Positions 25,701 through 37,084 of a stretch of 41,742 nucleotides of DNA are shown in pieces. The notes beneath the pieces were generated by a model. That model saw only the letters and a list, made by a program, of their open reading frames with translations. It ran no database searches and was not told the DNA's origin. The position numbers and the translations under genes are program-made. The stretch's first letter is position 1; the number at the start of each line of letters is the position of its first letter. This stretch comes from Octopus bimaculoides. Lineage: Eukaryota. The stretch covers positions 8,994,736 to 9,036,477 of the forward strand of contig NC_068988.1 of the NCBI RefSeq assembly GCF_001194135.2, read 5' to 3'.

Positions 25701-26248
25701 ATACACATATACAGGTTCAGAACAATTTTTAAGTTTGTAAATCTATTTAGCTGATACCAAAATATAAACTCACTCAAACATAACTACATATAGACATGAA
25801 CATCCCACGTACACACTAAGATGTACATATATACTCACATGTATACACATAACAAGATTTCAAATTGTAATTGTGACACATTCAGATTGCAAACAAAACA
25901 CAACACACACCTGAGTAATTAAGAGCTATTTATATACGTGTGGATATATACATATATATGTGTGGATATATACATATATATATGTTGATCTCCTTTTCCT
26001 TTTCTATCTCACCATTATACAGACACATTCTCAGTGTTCGTAACATATATCTGATTGCAATGTACAGTTAATGATTTTCCAAGTTCATTAGTGTACAAAC
26101 TGTTAATTACTCACTCCTGAGACTAAAACTAACACGTATCTCAATACCATTTTCAACACCGAGGCCCATAAGACAGCCTCCATGTGCTTACTCGTTATGT
26201 TAGAAATAACAACCAAACCTCCCTCATAACGTATTATTACAGTCCCCT

Positions 26249-26360
26249 GCTCTAACGCCCACTTTTCCATGCTTGCATGGGTCATTTGAAATTTGTGGAG
26301 GCAGATTTTCTACAGTGAGATGCCCTTCTCGTTGCCAACCCTCGTCCGTTTCCAAACAAG
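26249..26360 (-). mobile_element. Diverged family C-related fragment
   Basis: ctaacgcccacttttccatgcttgcatggg...ttctacagtgagatgcccttc. Confidence 0.6.
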
Positions 26361-26535
26361 ATGATATTTCATTCTTTCGGACAGACAAGGGGGAGAAGTG
26401 GGGAACAAAATCCATAGGAAGGGAGAACTTTTACATTGGCCCTAACTCCAGCATCACCACCATCACCATAGAAGTATGATAGACAAGTAAGTTAGACCTA
26501 AGCTAATTCCCAAGACAACTGGGTTAGTCCACATT

Positions 26536-26765
26536 TTATTTCCCTATTGCCCACAGGGGGCTAAACATAGAGGGGACAAACAAGGACAGACAAAGGGATT
26601 AAGTCGATTACATCGACCCCAGTGCGTAACTGGTACTTATTTAATCGACCCTGAAAGGATGAAAGACAAAGTCGACCTCGGCGGAATTTGAACTCAGAAT
26701 GTAACGGCAGATGAAATACCGTTAAGCATTTCGCCCGGCGTGCTAACGTTTCTGCCAGCTCACCT
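26536..26765 (-). mobile_element. Full-length young SINE family B (B1 tail) with probable 7-bp TSD
   Basis: Very similar to 2401-2623; ccacatt at 26529-26535 and 26766-26772. Confidence 0.9.
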
Positions 26766-26799
26766 CCACATTACTCAGTAACAAGCATAGCGCCTGTTT

Positions 26800-27006
26800 C
26801 CCAGTCTTTCTGGCATATATATTCCTCCTTGGATGGGACACTGGTCCATCTCAGGATGACTCATCTTTTGTCAGCTGAGTGGACTGGACCAATGAGAAAT
26901 GAAGTATCTTGCTCAAGAACACATTGCATCACCCAGTCCAGGATTTGAAACCACAATCTAACAATCATGAATCCAACACATTAACCACTAAGCCAAGCAC
27001 TTCCAC
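26800..27006 (-). mobile_element. tRNA-head SINE, family E
   Basis: The minus strand reads ggcttagtggttaa...ggtttcaaatcc...tgtgttcttgagcaagatacttcattt; related to 37085-37762 and 36860-36908. Confidence 0.7.
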
Positions 27007-27199
27007 TTCCCTCGTTAATTTAATTTAATGTAAGCATGTGTTTGTGTGTATGTCTGTCTCTTCTGATTTTAATTATTTGAAATCTTCCTCTGAAGAAAGA
27101 GCTGGTTTCTAACAAAGACACAAAGTTCCATCATTGGAATGTAAATAACAAAAACAGAGTCACTCCTTAATCTTGAGAAATGTCTTGCATATTATAACT

Positions 27200-27435
27200 A
27201 GGAATGGCTGTGTGGTAAGTAGCTTGCTTCTCAACCACATGGTTCCGGGCTCAGTCCCATTGTGTGGCCCCTTGGGTGAGTGTCTTCTATTATAGCCTGT
27301 ATGTGTGTGTATATGTTTATGGGTCTGTGTTTGTCCCCCCAGCCAACATCGCTTGACAACCGATGCTGGTGTGTTTACGTCACTGTAACTTAGTGGTTCG
27401 GCAAATGACATCAATGAATTAAGTACAAGGCTTAC
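27200..27435 (+). mobile_element. SINE family A, internally deleted and 3'-truncated
   Basis: Head, then ttgtccccccagccaacatcgcttgacaaccgatgctgg. Confidence 0.85.
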
Positions 27436-27523
27436 TAAGGCCCAACACTCAAAAGAAACTCAGCCACTTTGCCTCCACGAGGCCCGATGCTTGAAAGGTG
27501 TTCTTTACACACCATCATGTGTG

Positions 27524-27559
<36 letters not shown>

Positions 27560-27579
27560 CATACACACACACACACACA

Positions 27580-27616
<37 letters not shown>

Positions 27617-27664
27617 CGGACTCTCCCGTCCAGCTGTAATACATTACCCGAATAAAATACTCAC

Positions 27665-27674
27665 CTAACTCATG
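27665..27674 (-). CDS. Weak candidate 10-nt microexon (HEL, phase 0 to 1)
   Basis: catctgtttttctatgcaAG|CATGAGTTAG|gtgagt; phase-compatible with one reading of 27943-27989. Confidence 0.25.
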
Positions 27675-27896
27675 CTTGCATAGAAAAACAGATGTAGTAC
27701 AAATGAAAAAATACAAAATGTCTGTCCTCTTTTCTATTTTCTCCTACTCCTCCTCCCTTACATTTATGCATCAATACCTCACTAAATCTCTCTTACTGTC
27801 CCCCATTCCCTCCTTTTCTCTCTTCTTTCCTTCCATTTTTCTTTCTTTCTTTCTTTCTGTCTGTCTCTTTCTCTCTCTCTTACTTTCCACCCGTCT

Positions 27897-27933
<37 letters not shown>

Positions 27934-27942
27934 AAGCTTTAC

Positions 27943-27989
27943 CTCTTCCATCTCCGATTTGGTTGACATAACATTCTTGGAGATGTATT
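27943..27989 (-). CDS. Candidate 47-nt internal exon (frame ambiguous: YISKNVMSTKSEMEE or IHLQECYVNQIGDGR)
   Basis: Strong acceptor attctcttccattttaccatttttctAG; donor GAG|gtaaag. Confidence 0.45.
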
Positions 27990-28354
27990 CTAGAAAAATG
28001 GTAAAATGGAAGAGAATATCAAATGTAGAGATTCTTTGATGTTTTTGGCTGCAAAACATCTCTGTTTGGAAATATTCTTGCAATCACACACACACACATA
28101 TTTACTTATATACACATACAGTGCATATACACACACTTTTATTTAACATGTATAAACACACACTCAGACACAGATTACACGTATAAACACACACAGGTAT
28201 AAGAGTGTAGTTAACATACATATACATACACACACACTTGTATGCATACATACTTGTGTGTCTATGTACGTAAACACACACACACACTCACAGAGTTATA
28301 TGCAGATACATGCATGTGACTACCCAAACTCATGCACACAATCGCACAAACTTG

Positions 28355-28356
28355 AA

Positions 28357-28394
<38 letters not shown>

Positions 28395-28409
28395 TAATAA
28401 TGATGATGA

Positions 28410-28449
<40 letters not shown>

Positions 28450-28455
28450 CTATAA
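28355..28455. repeat. (AAT)n/(GAT)n microsatellite
   Basis: Visible. Confidence 0.95.
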
Positions 28456-28536
28456 TGACAATGCTTGTTTTCGGATGGTTTTTGAATGGTTTTAAGAAGC
28501 TGCAAGAATTCAGTATGATGGTGCAACAGAACTAAC

Positions 28537-28609
28537 TTTTGCACGTACAACAACATTGGTACCACTCTGAAGGAACCAAAGTTGACATTTTCGAATTTCT
28601 CAAGAAACA
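28537..28609 (-). CDS. Candidate 73-nt exon (CFLRNSKMSTLVPSEWYQCCCTCK or FLEKFENVNFGSFRVVPMLLYVQ)
   Basis: ttctaaatAG acceptor and AAAA|gttagt donor; joins 27943-27989 without a stop in two frames. Confidence 0.3.
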
Positions 28610-28650
28610 CTATTTAGAATTATCGAAAATTAGAAGTTTTCTTGTCATTA

Positions 28651-28855
28651 TACTCTTTACTGTTTTACTCTTTTACTTGTTTCAGTCATTTGACTGCAGC
28701 CATGCTGGAGCACCACCTTCAGTCGAGCAAATCGACCCCAGGACTTATTCTTTGTAAGCCTAGTACTTATTCTATCAGTCTCTTTTTGCAGAACCGCTAA
28801 GTTACGGAGACATAAACACACCAGCATCGGTTGTCAAATGATGGTGGGGGGACAA

Positions 28856-28886
<31 letters not shown>

Positions 28887-29062
28887 CATATATATACGAC
28901 AGGCTTCTTGCAGTTTCCGTCTACCAAATCCACTCACAAGGCTTTGGTTGGCCTAAGGCTATAGTAGAAGATACTTGCCCAAGGTGCCACGCAGCGGGAC
29001 TGAACCCGGAACCATGTGGTTGGTAAGCAAGCTACTTACCACACAGCCATTCCTGCGCCTAT
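28651..29062 (-). mobile_element. Full-length SINE family A
   Basis: Reverse-complement match to 19060-19493 along its whole length. Confidence 0.9.
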
Positions 29063-29264
29063 GGGTCATTTTGATAAATATATTTGTATTTTATTTTGAT
29101 ATGGCTAAGATATCAGATTAACACAAAACAACATCGGTATAGTCATGTGGTCCAGGGTTCAATTCTTGTCTGTGGTACCTTGACCAAACAAGTGCTCTCT
29201 ATCACGTTCTCGGATTCACTAAAAATTTCACAGATGGAAACTGTGTAGAATGCTTTTCATATAT

Positions 29265-29545
29265 CATCATCATCATCATCATCATCATCATTTAGCATCC
29301 ATTGTCCATGCTGACACAGGTTGGACGGTTTGACCAGGGCTGTCCACCAGACTCCAGTCTGATTTGGCATGGTTTCTATGGCTGGATGCCCTTCCTAATG
29401 GCTGGATGCCCTTCCTAATGGGTGCTTTTTATGTGTCACTTGCATGGGTGCCAGTTGCATGACGCCAGTCTCTACCATGACCACGATTTCACTTGGCTTG
29501 ATGAATCTTCTGCTCAAGCATGGGATACTATCAAAGGTCTCGGTC
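29265..29545 (-). mobile_element. Diverged family C copy with a 20-bp internal tandem duplication (29381-29420)
   Basis: (cat)n tail; gctggatgcccttcctaatg occurs twice in a row. Confidence 0.8.
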
Positions 29546-29564
29546 ATTTGTCATTGCCTCAGTG

Positions 29565-29750
29565 AGACCAATCCCAAGATTGCCACCAAGATACAGGACT
29601 AGATATTGTGGGCTTCAAGGGCCCACAGCTCTTCAGCATCCCCTCACAAAGTCTGAAAGACCTACATGGGTGGATGTGGGCATCTTCAAAACAAAACTTG
29701 AGTTCCGGATGAGCCTTCGGTCAAGAGTTCCAGATAAGCCTTTGGTCAAG
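29565..29750 (+). mobile_element. Frameshifted CR1/L2-like LINE ORF2 C-terminal remnant
   Basis: Stitched frames give PRLPPRYRTRYC / GFKGPQLFSIPSQSLKDLHG / VDVGIFKTKL...SRVPDKP, resembling the GP.LFN.LP..L......V..FK.KLD..L..VPD.P ending of CR1-group ORF2. Confidence 0.7.
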
Positions 29751-30644
29751 AGTTTAGGATGAGCCTAAAATATTTGGTCTATTTTAGAAGTATCAGCAAT
29801 TTCTGGCACATAGATTCAACAGCAAAATCTTACATGGACCCTAGTTGAGAACCACAAGTCTAACATATCACATCTGAAACCATTGTAACTGCCAATTATG
29901 CTGGTTACGATGGTGATTAATCAAATGAAATCAAAGTTTATGACCATCTCCACCATCTCTCTTACCACGACCCCTCCCCCATTCATCACAGGAAAAACAA
30001 AAAAAATAAAACCTATAAATACACTTTGAGAAGTGATGCTACACAATTCCAGCAAGGTGTGTTTTTTTTACTGCATTATAATTACATCATACAAAGGTAC
30101 AAACACACACATATACACATGTGTGCGTCTGTAAATATATACATACACACACATATATATATAATACATACATACATATATATATATATAAATATATATA
30201 TATATGTGTGTGTATAAACACACATATGTGTGTGTGTGTGTATTTACACATACATATTTATATATGCTATACACATTTACACAGACATACACATACATAC
30301 AGGCATACAATCACACATAAATATACACAAATTTGTTCAGCCATTCCTCCGAACCTCCATCCATCCATCCCCTGCCCCACAAAAGAACGCTGAAGTGTAG
30401 AAACTAACTCACTAATTAGACAACTAACAGCTCCCTAATTACATTAAACTCAGTGAAAACGTAGAGGAACACAAGACAAGACGAAAAAAAAAAAAAAGAG
30501 GAGGGGTGGAAATCTGTGGTAAACTAATATGACTGCTTTGCAAGTTTTCTGCAAAGAAAAGCCATCGCGATAATTATGTATTGAAAATAAACCTTGTAAC
30601 TTATAAAATCATGTGTAGAAATAGAATATTAACACCGATATTGG

Positions 30645-31050
30645 TCTCATGCTTTGGCACAAAGCCAGTAGTTTCTGGAGAGGTATAAGGTAATTACATT
30701 AACCCCCAGGGTTCAACTGATGCTTATTTTTCGACCCTGAAAGGATGGAAGGCAAAACCGACTTCAGTGGAATTTGAACTTTGAACGTATGCCATTAAGC
30801 ATTGTGCCTGGTAACTTAACAGTTTTGCCAGCTAACCATCTTAATATTTATTTCTACTCTAGGTGCAGGCCTTGAAATTTTTGGGGAAAGGGACTATTTG
30901 ATTACATCAACCCCAGTGCGTAACCGGTATTTTATTCATCGACCCTGAAAGGATGAAAGGCAAAGTCAACCTTGGCAGAATTTGAACCCAGAATGTAATG
31001 GTAGATGAAGTACTGTCAAACAATTCACCCGGCGTGCTAATGACTCTGTC
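30645..31050 (-). mobile_element. Two tandem SINE family B copies (B2 tail), minus strand
   Basis: tcgaccctgaaaggatggaaggc at ~30731 and tcgaccctgaaaggatgaaaggc at ~30939. Confidence 0.85.
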
Positions 31051-31089
31051 TGTTTTCTGCCTTCACTGCCTTACTATTAACACTGATTT

Positions 31090-31431
31090 CAGGCAGAGAG
31101 CTGGCAGAATTGTTAGCATGCCGGGCAAAATGCTTAGCAGCATTTTGTCTGCTGCTACATTCTGAGTTCAAATTCCGCCGAGGTCGACTTTGCTTTTCAT
31201 CCTTTCGGGGTCGATAAATTACGTACCAGTTATGCACTGGGGTCGATGTAATCGACTTAACCCCTTTGTCTGTCCTTGTTTGTCCCCTCTATGTTTAGCC
31301 CTTTGTGGGCAATAAAGAAATAAGAAACGTTAGCATGCCAGGCAAAATGCTTAGTGGTATTTCGTCTGTCTTTACGTTCTGAGTTCAAATTCCGCCGAGG
31401 TCAACATTGCCTTTCATCCTTTCAGGGTCGA
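31090..31431 (+). mobile_element. Full SINE family B (B1 tail) followed head-to-tail by a partial second copy (31322-31431)
   Basis: The tail aataaagaaata runs directly into agaaacgttagcatgcc. Confidence 0.9.
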
Positions 31432-31432
31432 A

Positions 31433-31691
31433 GTTTGTATCTGAGAACCAGGGACAGTTTCTAGGCAGGTTGGTTCCAAAAGAGTTAAACCTTTTCTTAC
31501 CATATTTCTGTTGAAATACTTTGTTCTGTTTCAATCAATTTTGAAAATAACGTGAAGTTTTAGTTATTACTAAACTGTATTCAGAACGTATACTAACATG
31601 AAATTTTGGTAAAAGGTTTTTAGATCACAATAAAACTGAGAGTTAGTATTATAAAAACCAGAACAGTTTCAAGCAAGTTGGTAGCAAAAGG
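31433..31691 (+). mobile_element. TTAA-bounded MITE-like element preceded by the end of another copy sharing the TTAA
   Basis: ttaaaccttttcttacca...ttggtagcaaaagg imperfect terminal inverted repeats; ccaaaagagTTAAaccttt junction at 31485-31488; homologous to 38649-38970, 39504-40097 and 40180-40388. Confidence 0.65.
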
Positions 31692-32743
31692 AAATGGAAG
31701 GATTTCCCATGCAACGAACCAGACCAACTTCTTTGGAAACTGCTTTGTTGTTGCTGTTAGTAGTGGAAAACTGATAGTGGCCTTCAGAAGAGCTATTGGA
31801 TTCTAAGCAGGTTGAGTCGACACGATTGCAAGATAGTCGGTAGAAAGTAGCTATTTTTACATGCGAGATTTCATGGTTGAGGAAGGAATAAGAGAGGTGA
31901 AAGTTATAATCAGAAGATTAAATAGACTAAAAGAGTCTTTGAAATTTCATGTCTTTATCCAATATAACAACAGACTTTGAATGTAATAAAAACGATGGTG
32001 ATGATGATGATGATGATGATGATGATTATAATAATGATGCTGCTGCTGCTGCCATCAGCATCACAACCAACATCATCATCACCACTACCTCTGCTGTATG
32101 AGGATGAAGAGGAGAAAGAGGAGGAGGTAGAAGAGGGGGATAATGATGACAATGACAGCAAATCATATCATCTGATTTTTCCCCAACCACCTTTGCACAA
32201 AACCTGCACCCCCTCCCCAGCGTTCACAAAATCAATTTTTATTTATTTATTTATTTATTTATTTTTCGCTATTTTTCACTTTTGTGTTTGTCACCTATCA
32301 TCACCCTCTCTCTTTCCTTCCTCTCTCTCTCACTTTCAACCCTTTCCCTCCCCCATCTTACCAACACTTCATTCCTCACTGTTTGCTCTTTCTTCCCCCA
32401 CCCTCTTTAGGTTCCATCTTACCGCACTGCAGCGGAAGATCAGCGGAATATGTGGGAAGGAGGGTGTGTTTAGCACGCACCTCGCACACACACACACACA
32501 CACACACGAAATACAAACTCTAAACTTTGAGTGGTTTTCAGTAAAATGTAATTTCAGTTTGGTGCCGCTTAGTGCATTACAGCAGTATTGTTGCTTTGCA
32601 TACATCACGTTATGTACATGTAGTACCTTTTGTTCATGTGGCATAGCATCATATGATATACTGTCTTTCATGTAGCACAAATATCACAAGACGTATTACC
32701 ATACATACAACACAAATGTCATCCATGATAAACTACCATACAA

Positions 32744-32845
32744 CACAATGTGCTACCATACATACAGCACAATATCACACAATGTGCTACCATACATACA
32801 GCACAATATCACACAATGTGTTACCATACATACAGCACAATGTCA
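32744..32845. repeat. 34-bp minisatellite, 3 copies
   Basis: cacaatgtgctaccatacatacagcacaatatca starts at 32744, 32778 and 32812. Confidence 0.95.
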
Positions 32846-32859
32846 CGAGATGTGCTTGC

Positions 32860-33327
32860 CCCCTGATTGGCTCCTGTGCCGGTGGCATGTAAAAAGTGCC
32901 ATCTGAACGTGGCCAATGCCAGCACTCCAGACTGGCTCCTGTGCCGGCAGTACATAAAAAGCACTATCCAAATGTGATCAACGCCAGGCCTGTCTGACTG
33001 GCTCCTGTGCCGGTGGCACGTAAAAAGCACTATCTGAATGTGGCCGATGCCAGTGTCCCCTGACTGGTACCCATGAGGGATGCATTTAAAAAGCACTATC
33101 TGAATGTGATTGATGCCAGGGTGGGCTGACTGGCTCCTGTGACAGTGGCATGTAAAAAGTGCTCACTACACTATCAGAGTGGTTGGTGTTAAGAAGGGTA
33201 TCCAGCTGTAGAAACCATGCCAAAACAGATTGGAGCTCTGGTGCAGTCACTGGCTCTCCAGACCTCAGTCAAACCAACCCATGTCAGCATGGAAAGCAGA
33301 CATTAAACGATGATGATGATGATGATG
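32860..33327 (+). mobile_element. Family C retroposon with 4+ tandem 65-66-bp modules at its 5' end
   Basis: gactggctcctgtgcc units start at 32865, 32930, 32996, 33062 and 33128, followed by the standard body and (GAT)n tail. Confidence 0.85.
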
Positions 33328-34422
33328 NNNNNNNNNNNNNNNNNNNNNNNNNNNNNNNNNNNNNNNNNNNNNNNNNNNNNNNNNNNNNNNNNNNNNNNNN
33401 NNNNNNNNNNNNNNNNNNNNNNNNNNNNNNNNNNNNNNNNNNNNNNNNNNNNNNNNNNNNNNNNNNNNNNNNNNNNNNNNNNNNNNNNNNNNNNNNNNNN
33501 NNNNNNNNNNNNNNNNNNNNNNNNNNNNNNNNNNNNNNNNNNNNNNNNNNNNNNNNNNNNNNNNNNNNNNNNNNNNNNNNNNNNNNNNNNNNNNNNNNNN
33601 NNNNNNNNNNNNNNNNNNNNNNNNNNNNNNNNNNNNNNNNNNNNNNNNNNNNNNNNNNNNNNNNNNNNNNNNNNNNNNNNNNNNNNNNNNNNNNNNNNNN
33701 NNNNNNNNNNNNNNNNNNNNNNNNNNNNNNNNNNNNNNNNNNNNNNNNNNNNNNNNNNNNNNNNNNNNNNNNNNNNNNNNNNNNNNNNNNNNNNNNNNNN
33801 NNNNNNNNNNNNNNNNNNNNNNNNNNNNNNNNNNNNNNNNNNNNNNNNNNNNNNNNNNNNNNNNNNNNNNNNNNNNNNNNNNNNNNNNNNNNNNNNNNNN
33901 NNNNNNNNNNNNNNNNNNNNNNNNNNNNNNNNNNNNNNNNNNNNNNNNNNNNNNNNNNNNNNNNNNNNNNNNNNNNNNNNNNNNNNNNNNNNNNNNNNNN
34001 NNNNNNNNNNNNNNNNNNNNNNNNNNNNNNNNNNNNNNNNNNNNNNNNNNNNNNNNNNNNNNNNNNNNNNNNNNNNNNNNNNNNNNNNNNNNNNNNNNNN
34101 NNTATATATATATATATGTATGTATGTATATATATACACATGTGTGAGTTAAATACTGTGATTAGCTTTAATACTGTAGTATTAAAGGCATGAAATACCA
34201 TCCAGTAACGGTGGTTCTGGTATTAGCCAGAAAATTGGTAAAAAAAAAAGCATCAACAGAAAGAGTCTGGTATCATGATTGAAAATTTCAAAACATGATA
34301 TGGTAACAATTTGAGAGCGAAAGTGTCACAGCATTTCTGTCATTAGCTCAATACAACCAAAACAAACTGCTATGACATTACAGCGAGAACCATACTGGTA
34401 TTGCTGTATGGATGTTTCGTAC

Positions 34423-34667
34423 ATGCAAGCACGACTGTCTGGTAAAAAGTTTGCTTTTCAACCACATTGTTCCAGGATCAACGAGATTCCCACTGTCCCT
34501 ATCTACTGTCTAGCAAAACCACAGCCAAGGGAACAGGCTTGGATGGATCGGCGGGGAAAGAAGACCCATTGTGTGCTACCTTGGGGGCAAGAGTCCTCTC
34601 CTATTGGCACAGGCTAACCAAAACCTTGAGAGTGGATTTAGCGGGTGGAAAATGAAAGAAGCCCATC
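34423..34667 (+). mobile_element. Old SINE family A copy interrupted at the B-box by a 28S rRNA fragment
   Basis: 34423-34474 aligns to the A head (ctgtctggtaaaaagtttgcttttcaaccacattgttcca). 34565-34667 aligns to the rest of A (cccattgtgtgctaccttggg...ccttgagagtggattt...gaaagaagcccatc). Confidence 0.75.
34475..34567 (+). pseudogene. 28S (LSU) rRNA fragment, non-functional
   Basis: GGATCAACGAGATTCCCACTGTCCCTATCTACTGTCTAGCAAAACCACAGCCAAGGGAACAGGCTTGG...GCGGGGAAAGAAGACCC matches the highly conserved eukaryotic 28S core as I recall it, with few substitutions including two CpG-to-CpA changes. Confidence 0.92.
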
Positions 34668-34671
34668 CTTT

Positions 34672-34870
34672 ATCACCATCATCATTTAATGTCTGTTTTT
34701 CATGCTGGCATGGGATGGACGGTTTGACAGGAGGTGGTCAGATGGAGAGCTGCCTAGGTGCCATTTGTCTGTTTTGGTTTGGTTTCTGGAGCTGGGTGGC
34801 CTTCCTAGTGCCAACCACTTTTTACTGCAAGTAGCAGATGCTTTTCCGTTTCTCTTTTTGCAGCACCAGC
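34672..34870 (-). mobile_element. Diverged family C copy
   Basis: catcatcatttaatgtctgtttttcatgctggcatggg...gctgggtggccttcctagtgccaaccac. Confidence 0.7.
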
Positions 34871-34993
34871 TGCTAGTGAGGTTGCCATGCTGCTCCCATG
34901 ACCAAAGACCCCTTTTGCTTGAGTGGGGGCAACAGTAGGGAGGAAGGTAGCTTCGTACTTGGAAATGAGATGTTAATATCAATCATCAGAATA

Positions 34994-35328
34994 TGGCCAT
35001 GCAGGAGCACCACCTTTAATCGAGCAAATTGACCCAAGGACTTATTCTATCGGTCTCTTTTGCTGAACTGCTAAGTTACAGGGTCGTAAACACACCAGCA
35101 CCGGTTGTCAAGCGATGTTGGGGGAGACAAACACAGACACACAAACATATATATATATACATATATACGAGGGGTTTCTTTCAGTTTCCGTCTACTAAAT
35201 CCACTCACAAGGCTTTGGTCGGCCCAAGGCTATAGTAGAAGACACTTGCCCAAGGTACCACGCAGTGGGACTGAACCCAGAACCATGTGGTTGGTAAGCA
35301 ACCTACTTACCACACAGCCACTCCTGCG

Positions 35329-35332
<4 letters not shown>
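34994..35332 (-). mobile_element. SINE family A, lacking the extreme tail
   Basis: Reverse-complement match to 19060. Confidence 0.9.
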
Positions 35333-35366
<34 letters not shown>

Positions 35367-35377
35367 CNNNNNNNNNN

Positions 35378-35413
<36 letters not shown>

Positions 35414-36219
35414 CAGATTATAAAAACAATTACAGTTGTCACTGAAGTGATGAAAGGTGCTATTAGACACCAGCATTGCTAGAAATAAGAGTTAAAACAG
35501 CTCTTAGCCATGTGAGAGCACGTTCCTAATGGCTAACAAGGGAGACAGGCTCTCTCCCTAGGACAAGCGAGATGGAGTCATATCAGAACTGATTTCAGAT
35601 TTAATCAATCTTCATCAGTGGTCCATTACACCAATACTAAGGGTTACAGAATCTAATTCCCCTTGTCAGCCTTATGGAAAACACCATAGAAAACAACAAC
35701 TGATTTCGAAAATGGTGAAGTGAGAATTATGAATTATAAATTATATATATGGATAGGTGGATATATATATCACTAGTGGTAGTTCTGCAACACAACATGT
35801 CTTTGGCATTAAATAAGTACTTATTAGGTGATTATTAGAAAAGAATTTCAAAGAGAATTTAGTTTAAGAATATATATAAATTTTCTTTAAAAATATTAAC
35901 AATAATAATAATGATAAACAAAAAAATAACAGAAGCCACTTTTGAATAACTCTATAGAATTATAAAAAAATTAAAAAAACAAGCATAAAAATATCAAAAA
36001 AATTATTTCTAGACATGACAGAAAAAAAAAAAAAAAATTTTATATATTTTTCCAAAATTCGAAAATGGTTAATAATAAAGCCAAAGAAAAGAATGAAAAA
36101 CGCAAAAGAAAAAAAAAAGAGAAAAGATTCAAATATAAAAAAAAAACAAAGGAAAGAGAAAAACAGTGACTGAAATCTCACAAGTGATAAAATATTGTAG
36201 AGATTATTGTGTTTTTTTT

Positions 36220-36397
36220 TCAAGATTGCACACACACACACACATATATATATATATTCACATACATATAATACACACACATATTCACATACACATGATA
36301 CATATATACACATACACATACATATATATACATACACATTCATATATATACACATACATATATATACACATACATACATATACACATACATATACAA

Positions 36398-36432
<35 letters not shown>

Positions 36433-36600
36433 GTACATACATATACATGTATTTACATACACATGTACATACATGCATATACACATACATATATACACAC
36501 ATGTACAGGCATATATAAATATACATGTGTATGTATATATAGATGTGTATACACACACACACACATACATACATATATAGAGGTATATGTATATACAAAC
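36220..36600. repeat. (CA)/(TA) mixed microsatellite
   Basis: Visible. Confidence 0.9.
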
Positions 36601-37084
36601 CAGCACGTACGAGATTTCCAAATGTCTACATTTATCATATATTCACTGAAAACTGTGTACGAGCGAATTTGTATATATCAGAGCTTGTAGGTCTGTTGTA
36701 AACTATGTGTTTGTGTACATGTAGTGGAGCAAGCTGGAATGAAATTCCTCACTCACAGAATTTCCAAATACCACCTGGCCCCGAAATTGAACCCACAACC
36801 TAACACTTGTAAACCACACATCCTTGACTGCTTCATCACATGACTTTACTGAACTCAGGACTTTATGATCATGAGCCAAATACTATAACCACTAAGCCAT
36901 GTGTCTTCACATTACATCAATATACACCTATACACATATAATGGGGTTCCATACAGTTTCCAGCCATGAAATCCATTTACAAAAATAAAAAATGATCAAG
37001 ACCCACTTTGGTCATGAATGACCATGAGATTGCACTGAGAAATGTCCCCTCCAGTACACAAGACCAGGTATGGTTGTTTTATGG

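Noticed and set aside
34475-34567. Functional rRNA locus
   Set aside because: Only ~93 nt, mutated, with no flanking rDNA.
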